Shown piece after piece: positions 1 to 10,626 of a stretch of DNA of 64,000 nucleotides. The stretch is from NCBI GenBank assembly GCA_050946055.1, contig JBMNUB010000002.1:97338-161337 (forward strand). The letters run 5' to 3'. The DNA comes from Candidatus Fimadaptatus sp. (GTDB lineage: Bacteria; Bacillota; Clostridia; Christensenellales; Aristaeellaceae). Both the position numbers and the translations under genes were made by a program. Position 1 is the stretch's first letter. Every line of letters starts with the position of its first letter. The notes beneath the pieces are model-generated. The model had not been told where the DNA came from, made no database searches, and worked only from the letters and a program-made list of their open reading frames with translations.

Positions 1-1
1 G

Positions 2-187
2 TTTGAGGTGGGCGACGCCATGGTGTCGGGCGATGGAAGCGCGGCCACGGTGTGCGTGAACGCGCAATTCGCGTTCCGCGACGAGAATGCCCGCGAGGTC
101 AGCGCCTTTCCGCTCAGGATGGTGCGCGATCAGGAGGCATGGAAGCTGACATATGCCTCGCTCAAGGGCTTGCTGGAGGGGTTTTAA
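2..187 (+). CDS. 3' end of an upstream hypothetical protein (partial; window starts inside the gene)
   Basis: Frame 2 is open from the window edge to TAA at 185-187 (…FEVGDAMVSGDGSAATVCVNAQFAFRDENAREVSAFPLRMVRDQEAWKLTYASLKGLLEGF). No recognisable family. Confidence 0.4.
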   Translation, partial: FEVGDAMVSGDGSAATVCVNAQFAFRDENAREVSAFPLRMVRDQEAWKLTYASLKGLLEGF

Positions 188-190
188 CAG

Positions 191-1732
191 GTGAAGTTTG
201 CTAGTCTCAAGCGCCGCCACAAGGCAGCGCTGATAGCTGCGGCTGTGTTTGCGCTAATGGTGCTGGCAGCTGTTGCGGCCATGCTCATGCGCGACGCCAA
301 TCAGGTCGTCATGAACACCGGCTGCTCGGCGGGCATACCCGAGCCGGACGGAGCCGTGCCGCTTGCGCCCATAGGAGACAGCCGCGCCGACCGCGTGCAG
401 GACGTGGTAGTGTATTACGCAAACAGCGACTACACGGAGCTTGTGGCCACGGTGCAGCAGGTGTCTGCGGGCGGCGATGTGACGCTGGAGGAGGCCGTGG
501 TCAGGGCGGCGCTGGCCGTACCCAATGCGCCGGGACTGGCGGCGCTGGGCGCGAGCGACATACAGCTGCTCTCGCTGGAGGTGGCGCAGGGCGTGGCTAC
601 GGTGGACTTGTCCATAGATGCGCGCAGGCTAGAGCCTGAGCGGCTGCACATGCTGCGCGCGGCCATAGTGGATTCGCTCATAGAGCTGGGCGGCATAGAC
701 GGCGTGAACGTGCTGATAGACGACCGCGACGAGGGCATAATCCAGCTCCCGTCAGGCACGATGAGCTGGATGGACACAGACCTTGAGGCGCTGTGGCATC
801 AGGCGCGCGAGGAGGATGCGCGCTGCGCGCAGCCGGGCGGTCAGGCGCTGGAGCGCCGCGCTACGCTGTACTTTGGCGCGCCCGGCGGACAGTACATGCT
901 GCCCGAGGTGCGCACGCTGGACATAGAGGGCGGCAACTATCTGGGCGAGGCGATAGAGCAGCTGCTCAGCGGCCCGGATGACGCGCGCACGCACACGCGG
1001 CTTTTGCCGCCCGGCGTGCAGTACCTGCGCGAAGCGCCCGAGATAGTGACCTCGGCGGGCGGCGCAAAGGTGGCCGTCGTGTCGTTTACGGGCGCGGCGA
1101 GCGACTATCTGGAGCGCAACGGCATACCCACGGCGCTGGCGTTTGGCTCGCTTGTGCGCACGTTGTGCGGCTTTGTGCCGGAGGTCGAGGGAGTTATATG
1201 CGATATAGACGGAATAATGGTGAGCGAACTGTACGATGCGTCCGGGCAGCTCATGTACACATTTGACGACGGCATAATGCGCCGGGGCGACTTTGATTCG
1301 CTGGTGGGCGACATGGTCAAGGTATACTATCCCACTAGGGATTATGCGTCGCTGAGGGCGGTGGATGTGGCTGTATCCCGCTACGATGTGGGCAGCCCGC
1401 GGGCGCTGCTAAAGCTGCTCATGTCCGCGCCCATGGGACAAAACCTTGTGCGCGCCATGCCCGACGGCGTTACCGATGCGGATGTGTTGGGCGTGCGCGT
1501 GGAGCGCGATCAGGTGCTTGTCAATCTGTCGGGCGCGTTCTATCAGGCGTGCGCGGGCATGCGTCCCGAGCGCGCGCGGGCGCTGGTGTATTCGATTGTC
1601 AACACAATGTGTTCACTGGACGGAATACGCAGCGTGCGCTTCTACTTCGATGGGGAGCGCGTGGACAGTCTGGCCTCGACGATATCGATGCGCGGGCCGC
1701 TGCTGAGCAATTCGGGCATAGTGCAGCCATAA
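191..1732 (+). CDS. gerM: GerM-like sporulation/germination protein: N-terminal TM anchor plus two GerMN domains
   Basis: GTG start. N-terminal hydrophobic anchor (AALIAAAVFALMVLAAVAAML). Two GerMN-like segments (VVVYYANSDY…ATVDLS… and VKVYYPTRDY…VLVNLSGAFY…VRFYFDGERV). Confidence 0.65.
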   Translation: MKFASLKRRHKAALIAAAVFALMVLAAVAAMLMRDANQVVMNTGCSAGIPEPDGAVPLAPIGDSRADRVQDVVVYYANSDYTELVATVQQVSAGGDVTLEEAVVRAALAVPNAPGLAALGASDIQLLSLEVAQGVATVDLSIDARRLEPERLHMLRAAIVDSLIELGGIDGVNVLIDDRDEGIIQLPSGTMSWMDTDLEALWHQAREEDARCAQPGGQALERRATLYFGAPGGQYMLPEVRTLDIEGGNYLGEAIEQLLSGPDDARTHTRLLPPGVQYLREAPEIVTSAGGAKVAVVSFTGAASDYLERNGIPTALAFGSLVRTLCGFVPEVEGVICDIDGIMVSELYDASGQLMYTFDDGIMRRGDFDSLVGDMVKVYYPTRDYASLRAVDVAVSRYDVGSPRALLKLLMSAPMGQNLVRAMPDGVTDADVLGVRVERDQVLVNLSGAFYQACAGMRPERARALVYSIVNTMCSLDGIRSVRFYFDGERVDSLASTISMRGPLLSNSGIVQP

Positions 1733-1840
1733 ATTCCAAGCGCGCAGGCACTTTACAGCGCGCGGATATGTAGTACAATAGATATACATTTATTCAGACG
1801 GGCCAGGGCGCGCAGGTGCGCTCTGGGAGGAGGAACGGTT

Positions 1841-4336
1841 TTGTCAAGCAAGGCTTTGAGCGATATCATTGAGCAGACTTATGAAGTGAGCGGCGGCGCG
1901 GACGATGGGGCCGGGGATGTGCTGAGCGGCGACGGCCTGCTCGCGAGCGACAAGGCGGTGGGCGCGCAGGAGGACGATGAGTTCGGCACGCAGGAGGATG
2001 GCCTTGAGCTGATGCCCATGGTGGCGCTGCGCGATCTGGTCGTGTTCCCGGATGAGACGGTGAGGTTCGACGTGGGCAGGGACAAGTCGCGCGCGGCTGT
2101 GGAAAAGGCATATGAGGAGAAGCTGCCCATAATGCTGGTGACGCAGCGCGACCCGCGCGTCGATGAGCCGATATTGAAGGATATGTACATGGTGGGCGTA
2201 GTTGCCAATGTCATCAACCTGGTAAAGCTGCCCAACCAGATACTCAGCGTCTCCGTGCAGGGCATATCGCGCGCGCTGCTTATCGACATGGCGCGCTACC
2301 GGCCCTACTGCGTGGCGCGCGTGGAGTGCTTTGAGGACAGGATATCCGTGGATGACATACAGCTGGAGGCGCTTATGAATGTGGCGCGCTCGCAGGTGCG
2401 CCAAATGGAATCCATGGTTAAAAACAGCATGCCCGCCAGCTATGTGCGCGCCGTGATGGATGAGGAGTCGCCGTCGCGTCTGGCCGACATGCTGGGCATG
2501 CATCTGGTAAGCAAGCTCTCCGACCGCGTAAAGCTGCTGGAGACGGCGGATGTGGCCGAGCGGCTTGAGTCGGTGTGCCGCATGCTCAGCCGCGCCATGA
2601 AGTTCATCGAGATAGAGCAGAGCGTGCAAAAGCGCGTCAGCGAGCAGATAGACAAGAACCAGAAGGAATACTACCTGCGCGAGCAGATACGCGCCATACA
2701 GCGCGAGCTGGGCGACCGCGAGGCCGGCGACGTGAGCGAATACCGCGAGCGGCTCAGGCGCACGCCGCTCAATGACGAGGCGCGCGACAAGGTGGAGCGC
2801 GAGATAGACCGCCTTGAGGGCATGGCGCCCGGCACGCCTGAGATAGCCGTGAGCAGCACTTACATAGAGTGGGTGCTGGACTTGCCTTGGGGCAAGCGCC
2901 AGACTGCGCCCATAGACACGCAGCGCGCCCGCCGCACGCTGGACAAGGATCACTATGGGCTGGAGCGCGTCAAGGAGCGCCTGATAGAGTATCTGGCCGT
3001 GCGCGCGCTCAAAAACGACATGAAGGGGCCGTGCATCTGCCTTGTAGGCCCGCCCGGAGTGGGCAAGACCTCGATAGCGCAGTCGATAGCGCGCGCGCTC
3101 AAGCGGCCGCTTGCGCATGTGTCGCTGGGCGGCGTGCGCGACGAGGCCGAGATACGCGGCCACAGGCGCACATACGTGGGCGCGATACCCGGCCGCATAA
3201 TGTCGGCCATAAGGCAGGCTGGCTCTATGACGCCTGTGTTCCTGCTGGACGAGATAGACAAGATGGGCGCTGACTACAAGGGCGATCCGGCCAGCGCCAT
3301 GCTGGAGGTGCTGGACGGCGAGCAGAACTTCGCCTTCCGCGATCACTATCTGGAGATACCCTTTGACCTGTCGGGCGTGATGTTCATAATGACCGCCAAC
3401 TCGCTGGACACCATACCGCGTCCGCTGCTGGACAGGATGGAGGTCATTGAGATAGAGGGCTATACTGCGGGCGAAAAGCTGGAGATAGCCAAGCATCACC
3501 TGCTGGCGCGCCAGCTGCGCGAACATGGTCTGGACAAGCGCCGCCTGCGCATGCGCGACGATGCCATAGCCGCGCTGATAGAGGGCTATACGCGCGAGGC
3601 AGGCGTGCGCCAGCTTGAGCGCGAGCTGGGCGCTGTGTGCCGCAAGGCCGCCTGCCGGTTCATAGAGAACGCGGAGTTAAAGAGCATCTCGGTCAAGGCC
3701 GGCGATCTGCGCGCGCTGCTGGGTGCGCCCAAGTTCCACAGGCAGGAGCAGGACATGGAGCCGGAGGTCGGCTCGGTAAACGGCCTTGCATGGACTGCGG
3801 CGGGCGGTGAGACGCTGGCCGTGGAAGCGGCGGTGATGCCGGGCAGCGGAAGGTTTGAGCTGACCGGCCAGCTGGGCGACGTGATGCAGGAATCGGCGCG
3901 CGCCGCGCTGAGCGTGATACGCACGCGCTCGGATTCGCTGGGACTGGACGCTGACTTCTATAAAAAGAGCGATCTGCACATACATGTGCCGGAGGGCGCG
4001 GTGCCAAAGGATGGCCCCAGCGCGGGCGTGACCATGACATGCGCGCTGGCCTCGGCGCTGACCGGCCTGCCCGCGCGGCAGGATGTGGCCATGACGGGCG
4101 AGATAACGCTGCGCGGCAAGGTGCTGCCCATAGGCGGCGTCAAGGAAAAGGTGCTGGCCGCGCACCGCATGGGCATACGCACGGTGCTGCTGCCCCGCGA
4201 CAACGAGAGCGATCTGGACGAGATACCGCAGGAGGTGCGCTCTGCGCTGGAGCTAAGGCTGATAGGCAATGTCGATCAGGCGCTGGATGCGGTGCTGATA
4301 CGCGGCGCGGGCGAGCCGGGCGGAGCGCAGGGATAG
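1841..4336 (+). CDS. lon: ATP-dependent Lon protease (LonA)
   Basis: Lon N-terminal domain ([15 protein letters not shown]), Walker [11 protein letters not shown]-terminal Ser-Lys protease motif (DGPSAGVTM…KVLAAHRAG-like). TTG start with GGGAGGAGG RBS. lon followed by engB is conserved synteny in Firmicutes. Confidence 0.95.
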   Translation: MSSKALSDIIEQTYEVSGGADDGAGDVLSGDGLLASDKAVGAQEDDEFGTQEDGLELMPMVALRDLVVFPDETVRFDVGRDKSRAAVEKAYEEKLPIMLVTQRDPRVDEPILKDMYMVGVVANVINLVKLPNQILSVSVQGISRALLIDMARYRPYCVARVECFEDRISVDDIQLEALMNVARSQVRQMESMVKNSMPASYVRAVMDEESPSRLADMLGMHLVSKLSDRVKLLETADVAERLESVCRMLSRAMKFIEIEQSVQKRVSEQIDKNQKEYYLREQIRAIQRELGDREAGDVSEYRERLRRTPLNDEARDKVEREIDRLEGMAPGTPEIAVSSTYIEWVLDLPWGKRQTAPIDTQRARRTLDKDHYGLERVKERLIEYLAVRALKNDMKGPCICLVGPPGVGKTSIAQSIARALKRPLAHVSLGGVRDEAEIRGHRRTYVGAIPGRIMSAIRQAGSMTPVFLLDEIDKMGADYKGDPASAMLEVLDGEQNFAFRDHYLEIPFDLSGVMFIMTANSLDTIPRPLLDRMEVIEIEGYTAGEKLEIAKHHLLARQLREHGLDKRRLRMRDDAIAALIEGYTREAGVRQLERELGAVCRKAACRFIENAELKSISVKAGDLRALLGAPKFHRQEQDMEPEVGSVNGLAWTAAGGETLAVEAAVMPGSGRFELTGQLGDVMQESARAALSVIRTRSDSLGLDADFYKKSDLHIHVPEGAVPKDGPSAGVTMTCALASALTGLPARQDVAMTGEITLRGKVLPIGGVKEKVLAAHRMGIRTVLLPRDNESDLDEIPQEVRSALELRLIGNVDQALDAVLIRGAGEPGGAQG

Positions 4337-4360
4337 TCTGAATATGGAGAGTAGACATAA

Positions 4361-5062
4361 ATGGTGATAAAGAGAGCGGAATTCATGACCTCGCTGGCGG
4401 CGGCCGATCCCATGCTGCTGGGCGGCGAATCGCAGATAGTCGTGGTGGGCAAGTCCAACGTGGGCAAGTCCTCGCTGATAAACGCGCTGGCGCGCAATCA
4501 GAAGCTGGCGCGCACTTCGTCCGAGCCGGGCAAGACCCGGCTGATAAACCTGTTCAGGTTCTATGCGCAGGATGAGCGCGAGTTCGTGCTGGTTGACTTG
4601 CCGGGCTATGGCTTTGCCCGCGTGGCGCGCGAGGAAAAGGTGCGCTGGCAGGGCATGATAGAGGGCTATCTCAGCCAGCAGGATGGGCCTTGCCATGCGT
4701 TCTCGCTGGTGGACATACGGCACGAGCCTTCGGCGGATGACCGCGCCATGGTGGACTACATGCGCCACTACGGCATCGAGTTCACCGTGGTCGCCACCAA
4801 GGCGGACAAGCTCAGCCGCGCTCAGATAAACCGCAGCATACAGAGCATATGCCGCGCGCTTCAGGTTCAGCCGTGGGAGGTAATACCCACTTCATCCCAG
4901 AGCAGGCAGGGCATAGACAAACTGGTGGACCGCATAGGCGAGGTGCTGGATGCGGCCAAGGCGCGCAGCGATGCGTATGCGTCGGGCGAGGAGGAAAGCA
5001 TAGATATCGAAGAAGCCGGGGACTTGGGCGCGCAGGACGCACCCGGGCAGGGTGAGGAATAA
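4361..5062 (+). CDS. engB: Ribosome-biogenesis GTPase EngB/YsxC/YihA with acidic C-terminal tail
   Basis: G1 motif VGKSNVGKSSLINAL, DLPGYG switch region, TKADK G4 motif. Lies immediately downstream of lon as in B. subtilis lonA-ysxC. Confidence 0.9.
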   Translation: MVIKRAEFMTSLAAADPMLLGGESQIVVVGKSNVGKSSLINALARNQKLARTSSEPGKTRLINLFRFYAQDEREFVLVDLPGYGFARVAREEKVRWQGMIEGYLSQQDGPCHAFSLVDIRHEPSADDRAMVDYMRHYGIEFTVVATKADKLSRAQINRSIQSICRALQVQPWEVIPTSSQSRQGIDKLVDRIGEVLDAAKARSDAYASGEEESIDIEEAGDLGAQDAPGQGEE

Positions 5063-5410
5063 ACGGGTGCGCTTGCCCATGTGCGGCTGAAAGACGCCGG
5101 ATGCGGCTAACTGCGGTAGCAGAGACTGTGCGTGGCGCGGCAGGGCAATGCCGGGAGCACGCGCGGTGCCTGCTTGCGGCGGCATGCGTAGCTGCGCGTG
5201 AGTGCGTGAGCTTTAGGCATGCCGCTGTAATCGGCACTTGAGCGGCGCGTGTACGGCGGCGTAGCTGTGCGAAGCGTTTTGCCAGACAGGCTGCCGGGGC
5301 GTTTTGGCGGAGTTGACGGCCTTGCGGCGGCGCATGGGGGACTAATGTCGGATACTACTGCAAATAATGATTAATAAGCACTAGCTTAACAGTAAATTTT
5401 TTAAAGACCC

Positions 5411-5446
5411 TTGCATATACGCATATGGGTGGGTTATAATGTACGG
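5411..5446 (+). promoter_or_regulatory. Candidate sigma-A promoter for the zinc-ribbon gene
   Basis: TTGCAT, 17 nt spacer, then TTATAAT about 60 nt upstream of the AGGAGG RBS. Confidence 0.4.
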
Positions 5447-5511
5447 CGATTGATGAATGATCGCCATTTTTGAATGCGCTTATTTGATCATATATTTCAG
5501 GAGGAATGTAT

Positions 5512-5970
5512 ATGGCATTTCGTAAATGTCCCAGATGCGAGCTCAACTACATAACCGACGGCGAGAAGCTCTGCTCGGTGTGCCGCCGCGAAGTCAAGGG
5601 TGAACACGATCACGACTCGATGGTGGAGCTTTGCTCCGAATGCGGCGAGCGCCCGGTTGTGCCGGGCAGCGAGTACTGCCTGCTCTGTCTCAAGGACATG
5701 AGCCGCCGCAATTCCGCCGCCTCCCAGGTGGAGGGCGAGGAGAGCACTGTGGACGCGTCCGCGCTGGACATAGGCATGGTCAGCTCCATGGACGAGATAC
5801 AGATAGACGACGTGGGCGACGACATACCCCCGCGCGAGTTCGACGAGATGGAGTCGGCGTTCGGCTCGGATGACGATCTGGACGATGACGACGATGAGAA
5901 CGAGCACGGCGATATAGAGGTGGCCGGTGGCCGCAAGCGCGCGCGCCGGGGTTCGTCCGACGATCAGTAA
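5512..5970 (+). CDS. Double zinc-ribbon protein with poly-acidic C-terminal tail (hypothetical)
   Basis: Two CxxC…CxxC pairs (CPRC…CSVC; CSEC…CLLC) followed by a D/E-rich tail. AGGAGG lies 7 nt before the ATG at 5512; the track ORF begins 6 nt earlier at 5506. Confidence 0.7.
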   Translation: MAFRKCPRCELNYITDGEKLCSVCRREVKGEHDHDSMVELCSECGERPVVPGSEYCLLCLKDMSRRNSAASQVEGEESTVDASALDIGMVSSMDEIQIDDVGDDIPPREFDEMESAFGSDDDLDDDDDENEHGDIEVAGGRKRARRGSSDDQ

Positions 5971-6024
5971 GCACTGCGCCTGCTGAGGCGAGGATGCGAG
6001 TTTGTCCAGCGGAGGTGAGGAGAA

Positions 6025-6723
6025 GTGGCAGTCTATGCGATAGGCGATCTGCACCTGCCCGGCTCTGACCTTAAGCCCATGGACGTGTTCGGCGCGCATT
6101 GGGAGAATCACTTTTCGCGCATATGCGAGGACTGGCGCGCGCGCGTGAATGCTCAGGACGTGGTGCTGCTGCCGGGCGACTTCAGCTGGGCCATGACGCT
6201 GGACGAGGCAATGTGCGACATAGCTGCGGTGGGCGAGCTGCCCGGGCGCAAGGTGCTGGTGCGCGGCAATCATGACTTCTGGTGGTCATCGGTCACTCAG
6301 GTACGCGCGGCGCTGCCCGAGGGCATGTACGCGCTGCAGAACGACTGCGTGGAGCTGGACGGGCGCATATACTGCGGCACGCGCGGCTGGACGATAGTGG
6401 GCGAGGACGATGGCCGGGCGCAGGATATGAAGATATACCGCCGCGAGGTGCTGAGGCTGGAACTGACGCTAAAGAGCGCGCAGCGCGCGGCACAGGGGCG
6501 CGAGATAGTGGCGCTGATGCACTATCCGCCCTTTGACGAGCGGCAGCAGCCCTCGGGCTTTACCGAGCTGCTGGAGCAATACGGCGTGAAGTGCGTCGTA
6601 TATGGCCATCTGCACGGGCAGAGCCTGCGCGGCGCCTTCAGCGGCATGCTGCGCGGGGTGGAGTATCATCAGGTGTCCTGCGACGGACTGGGCTTTAAGC
6701 TGTTAAGGCTCCCCATTGAGTGA
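6025..6723 (+). CDS. Calcineurin-like metallophosphoesterase
   Basis: GDLH…GDF…GNHD…HYPP…GHLH metallophosphatase motifs. GTG start with a GGAGGTGAGGAG RBS. Confidence 0.8.
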   Translation: MAVYAIGDLHLPGSDLKPMDVFGAHWENHFSRICEDWRARVNAQDVVLLPGDFSWAMTLDEAMCDIAAVGELPGRKVLVRGNHDFWWSSVTQVRAALPEGMYALQNDCVELDGRIYCGTRGWTIVGEDDGRAQDMKIYRREVLRLELTLKSAQRAAQGREIVALMHYPPFDERQQPSGFTELLEQYGVKCVVYGHLHGQSLRGAFSGMLRGVEYHQVSCDGLGFKLLRLPIE

Positions 6724-6741
6724 AGCGGAGATGGGCGTTTT

Positions 6742-6775
6742 GCGCCGCGTGCATGAGTGTACGCGGCGCTTTTTG
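6742..6775 (+). terminator. Rho-independent terminator
   Basis: GCGCCGCGT, a 10-nt loop, ACGCGGCGC, then TTTTTG, immediately after the phosphoesterase stop. Confidence 0.7.
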
Positions 6776-7397
6776 CGTGCGGCGGGCAGGCGGTCTCCCG
6801 CGCCTGCGCGCGCGGCGCGGGGCGTGAGTGACCTGGACAGCGGCAATGCAGTCAACTTCCGCTCCGGCGCGGCACGTGGCTACGACATCCGTAGCCACGC
6901 CAGCATACTCGCCACAGCTCCTGCGCGGCGCATGTCCGGGGAGCGTATTCAATGGCGGCGGCGCGGAAAATGTGCATGGCAATCCGAAATGGCATCATGG
7001 CAGATGCGCTGTATGGGCATGCGGCGCACTGCACATAAGCATTTATGTGCGCCGATGGGCTGCACGGCACGCGCCCGGCTGCGCTATGAGGAGCGCGCCC
7101 GGCTTGAGCTTACGGGGCGCGGCGGCATGGGCGCAGGTGAATGTGCGGCGCGCGCTGTAAGTTGGGCATATCATGCCAATATGCGGCGGCATTTCAAGAC
7201 ATATCGCGATGCAGGTAAATATTTGAATATGCGCAGGGGTGGGTTCTGTTTTTTGCGGTACATACATATTTAACAAACATTTTCCCCGTACATGGAGGCA
7301 GCAGTTTTAAGAAAATAAGAAAAAGTATGGTGGACAGTGGATTTTAGTGAAACGATGTGGTACAATAAGAACATCAAGTGGTGCAAGGGGGGATGGT

Positions 7398-7853
7398 ATG
7401 CTGTTCTTTGGCACTTACGCGCAGACTGTGGATGCTAAAGGCCGCGTTATCGTCCCCTCAGCGTTTCGCGATTCACTGGGCAAGGACTTTATGATAGGGC
7501 TTAACAGCACCGCAAACGCCATCGCTTTTTACCCACGCGAAAAGTGGAACAAGATACTGGAAGACCTGCTCACGCTGCCCTCCACCGACGAGGTGGCCAT
7601 GGATTACGTCCGCTTTATAGCCGGGAACTCGTTTTCCAACTACGAGCTGGACAGCCAGGGCCGCACTATACTGCCCGCACCGCTGAGGCAGATGCTAAGC
7701 CTTGGCAAGAACATAAGCTTCGTGGGCGTGATAGACTACTTCGAGATATGGGATACCGAGGTCTACGAGGCGCGCAGCGCGCAGGTGCGCGACAACATGA
7801 GCGACCGGCTTAAATACATAAGCTCGCTTAGGCAGTCTGCTCAGGCGAGATGA
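7398..7853 (+). CDS. mraZ: Transcriptional regulator MraZ
   Basis: Two SpoVT/AbrB-like halves (FFGTYAQTVDAKGRVIVPSAFR… and LDSQGRTILPAPLR). Internal ATG follows a GGGGGGA RBS; the track ORF starts further upstream at 7347. Confidence 0.9.
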   Translation: MLFFGTYAQTVDAKGRVIVPSAFRDSLGKDFMIGLNSTANAIAFYPREKWNKILEDLLTLPSTDEVAMDYVRFIAGNSFSNYELDSQGRTILPAPLRQMLSLGKNISFVGVIDYFEIWDTEVYEARSAQVRDNMSDRLKYISSLRQSAQAR

Positions 7854-7855
7854 CA

Positions 7856-7879
7856 TGTCTGAACGCATGCGTTCAGACA
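7856..7879. other. Perfect 24-bp palindrome immediately after the mraZ stop
   Basis: TGTCTGAACGCA/TGCGTTCAGACA with no T-run after it. Sits where rsmH would normally follow mraZ. Confidence 0.6.
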
Positions 7880-7970
7880 CCGCGGCTCAGCCCGCCGCCC
7901 CGAACGCTGCTTGCGGGAGGGAGGGACGGGCGGCTTTGCCGTGTTTATGCGGCAAAGACGGTTCTAAACG

Positions 7971-8423
7971 GTGGAAGGGGGACATAAAGACTACATGATG
8001 GCGCCCGAAAGAGAGTATGGCCAGCAGGCCTTTGAACTGCCCGGGCGGCAGCCCCCGCGCGGCCGTCCTGCGCCCGTATACAGCGAGCGCATGCGGCAAA
8101 GGCGCGAACAGGTCGCCCGCGAAGCCGAGCGCGCCCGCAGGCTCAGCGCCCTTCGCGCAAGGCGAGGCTGGATGCTGTGCGCAGTGCTGGCCGCAGGACT
8201 TATGGTGCTGTGCGGCATGCGCATATACCAGAGCGCGGTCGCCACGGCCAACGCGCGCGACATAGCCCGGCTCAAGTCTGAGATACACGAGATGACCATG
8301 GATTCGGAGACTTACGAATACCGCATAGCCGAAGCCGCTTCCGACAAGAACGTCGAGGCGGGCGCCAAGCGCCTGGGCATGGAGTATCCCTCCGACGGAC
8401 AGGTGCGCGTGATAGGCGGCTGA
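7971..8423 (+). CDS. ftsL: Cell-division protein FtsL-like (single TM plus coiled coil)
   Basis: Basic N-terminus, a TM segment (WMLCAVLAAGLMVLCGM), a coiled-coil region and a C-terminal …AKRLGMEYPSDGQVRVI motif typical of FtsL. Alternative ATG start at about 7995. Confidence 0.7.
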   Translation: MEGGHKDYMMAPEREYGQQAFELPGRQPPRGRPAPVYSERMRQRREQVAREAERARRLSALRARRGWMLCAVLAAGLMVLCGMRIYQSAVATANARDIARLKSEIHEMTMDSETYEYRIAEAASDKNVEAGAKRLGMEYPSDGQVRVIGG

Positions 8424-8470
8424 TGCACACAGGCTGACTATATCATAAGGCTTTTAGGGAGCGTGCGCGC

Positions 8471-10597
8471 TTGATCCCGACGGGCGCATTGATACGGCGA
8501 AGGATAGTGGCGCTGCTTGCAGCGATGTGCGCGCTGTTCTGCATAGCGGCAGGGCGGCTGGTGGACTTGCAGGTGTTTCAGTCCACAGACCTGCAGGCGC
8601 GCGCTCAGGGACAGTGGACGGGCAAGTCGCGCGTAAGCGCGCGCCGTGGCGACATAACCGACCGCAACGGCAATGTGCTGGCGATGAGCGCGACGGCATA
8701 CGCGGTTTCGGCCAGCCCCAGACAGGTGGCCGACCCGGAGGCGTTTGCGCGTGAACTGAGCAGCGTGCTGGATGTGGACGCGGACAAGGTGAAGCAAAAG
8801 GTGTCCGACCGCAAAAAGGGCGGCGTGACGCTCAAGCGCCAGGTATCGCGCGAGCAGGCGCAGGAACTGCTGAAGCACCGCCAGAAGCTCAGCGCTTCGG
8901 GCAACAAGGCGCTGGACGGCATGTATCTGGAGGAGGATCAGCTGCGCGTATACCCGATGGGCGAGTTCCTCTCGCAGGTGCTGGGGCTTACTACGATAGA
9001 CGGAGTGGGCCAGAGCGGGCTGGAAAAGCAGCTGGACAAATACCTGCGCGGTAAGGACGGCTTGATAGTAAACGAAGTTGACGCTAGGGGCAACGAGCTG
9101 CCCTACTCGGTGAGCGAATACACGCCGCCCGTCAATGGCGGCAGCGTGCACCTGACCGTCGATTCGGCCATACAGGGCTTTGCCGAAAGGGCCATGCGCG
9201 AGTGCATGGACGTAAACGGCGCGGTGGCCGTGCAGGCGCTGGTCATGAACGTCAATACCGGCGAGATACTGGCCATGGTGTCCAAACCGGATTACGACCC
9301 CAACGACCCGCCCCGGCACGACGTGGAGGCGCTGACCTCCATGATGCGGCTGCGGCCTATAAGCGACGTGTACGAGCCAGGGTCAACATTTAAGATACTC
9401 ACCTCGGCGGCGGCGCTGGAGACCGGCGTGACTACGCCCACCGAGGGCTTTTACTGCTCGGGCAGCGTGAGCGTGGACGGCTCAAGGATACGCTGCTGGG
9501 GCAACCCGCACGGCGCGGAGTCCATGGCGGAGGCCATACAGAACTCCTGCAACCCGGTGTTCGTGGAGCTGGGGCTGAGACTGGGTACGTCGAGACTTTA
9601 CTCGTATCTGGACGCGTTCGGCCTGGGCAAGCGCACGGGCGTGGACCTTGCGGGAGAGTCGGCGGGCATACTGATACCCAAGGACAACGTAAAGACGGTG
9701 GATCTGGCGCGCATAGCCTTCGGCCAGAGCGTAGCGGTGACGCCATTGCAGCTGATATGCGCGGTGAGCGCGGTGGCAAATGGCGGAAACCTTATGCGCC
9801 CCTACATCGTCAAAGAGATAACCGACCAGTCGGGGACAGTGCTAAAGCGCGGCGAGCCAGAGGTGGTTGCGCATCCCATAAAGGAAAGCACAAGCCTGCT
9901 AATGCGCGAGCTGCTGACCGCGGTGGTTGACAAAGGCGGCGGCAAGAACGCGCGCATAGAGGGCATAAAGGTGGCCGGCAAGACCGGCACGGCGCAGATA
10001 TATCGCGACGGAGTGATATCAAGGGACGCGCATATAGGCTCGTTCATTGGCTTTGCCCCGTCGGATGCGCCGCGCATAGCGGTGCTGGTGGTGGTGCATG
10101 AGGCATCGCTCAGGCCGGACTATGGTTCGGTCACGGCTGCGCCATACGCGCGGCAGATAATACAGGAGACACTTGCCTACATGGGCATATACCCCGAGGG
10201 CAGCGCAGGCACGCAGAGCGCCGATATGGCGGATGTGCCGGATGTATCCGGCATGCAGGCGTCTCAGGCGGCGCGCGCGCTGCGCGAGGCGGGCTTTGAG
10301 GGGATTATGGACGGCACGGGGAGCGTGGTCGTGGATCAGCTGCCCAAGCCGGGCGCACAGGCTTTGCGCGGCTCTCAGGTGATAATATACCTTGAGAATG
10401 CCGCCGGGCAGGACGCGACCGACGTGGAAGTGCCGGACGTGATGGGCATGTCGATAGCGGAGGCGGCGCGGCTGATAAGCGCCTGCGCGCTGAAGATAGA
10501 GCTTGACGGCAGCGGCATAGCCTGTGCGCAGCAGCCGCAGGCGGGTACGCGCGTGCCGGTCGGCACGGGCATAAAGGTGAGTTTTTCGCTGCCATGA
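8471..10597 (+). CDS. Class B penicillin-binding protein with two C-terminal PASTA domains (FtsI/SpoVD/PBP2B family)
   Basis: Transpeptidase motifs STFK, SCN, KTGT. Two PASTA repeats at the C-terminus. TTG start with a TAGGGAG RBS. Confidence 0.9.
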   Translation: MIPTGALIRRRIVALLAAMCALFCIAAGRLVDLQVFQSTDLQARAQGQWTGKSRVSARRGDITDRNGNVLAMSATAYAVSASPRQVADPEAFARELSSVLDVDADKVKQKVSDRKKGGVTLKRQVSREQAQELLKHRQKLSASGNKALDGMYLEEDQLRVYPMGEFLSQVLGLTTIDGVGQSGLEKQLDKYLRGKDGLIVNEVDARGNELPYSVSEYTPPVNGGSVHLTVDSAIQGFAERAMRECMDVNGAVAVQALVMNVNTGEILAMVSKPDYDPNDPPRHDVEALTSMMRLRPISDVYEPGSTFKILTSAAALETGVTTPTEGFYCSGSVSVDGSRIRCWGNPHGAESMAEAIQNSCNPVFVELGLRLGTSRLYSYLDAFGLGKRTGVDLAGESAGILIPKDNVKTVDLARIAFGQSVAVTPLQLICAVSAVANGGNLMRPYIVKEITDQSGTVLKRGEPEVVAHPIKESTSLLMRELLTAVVDKGGGKNARIEGIKVAGKTGTAQIYRDGVISRDAHIGSFIGFAPSDAPRIAVLVVVHEASLRPDYGSVTAAPYARQIIQETLAYMGIYPEGSAGTQSADMADVPDVSGMQASQAARALREAGFEGIMDGTGSVVVDQLPKPGAQALRGSQVIIYLENAAGQDATDVEVPDVMGMSIAEAARLISACALKIELDGSGIACAQQPQAGTRVPVGTGIKVSFSLP

Positions 10598-10626
10598 ATT
10601 CTAGTTTGTATCCGGGAGGACCAAAG

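Noticed and set aside
1844-3526. 560-aa antisense ORF inside lon, and similar long antisense ORFs (12302..13786-, 13224..14933-, 16914..18563-, 20654..22105-, 24629..25603-, 31124..32356-, 45907..47649-, 49831..51249+, 53673..54722-, 54600..55745+, 15431..16405-, 15496..16491+)
   Set aside because: All overlap strongly supported genes on the opposite strand. Their translations are R/A/H/G-rich, low-complexity sequences typical of open frames in high-GC DNA, with no motifs and no RBS.
5355-6273. Small minus-strand ORFs 5355..5546 and 5497..6273
   Set aside because: They overlap the zinc-ribbon and phosphoesterase genes in antisense, and have no RBS or motifs.
6716-7273. 185-aa ORF in the phosphoesterase-mraZ spacer
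   Set aside because: It starts inside the rho-independent terminator, has an Arg/Ala-rich low-complexity translation, and has no RBS. More likely an untranslated leader upstream of mraZ.
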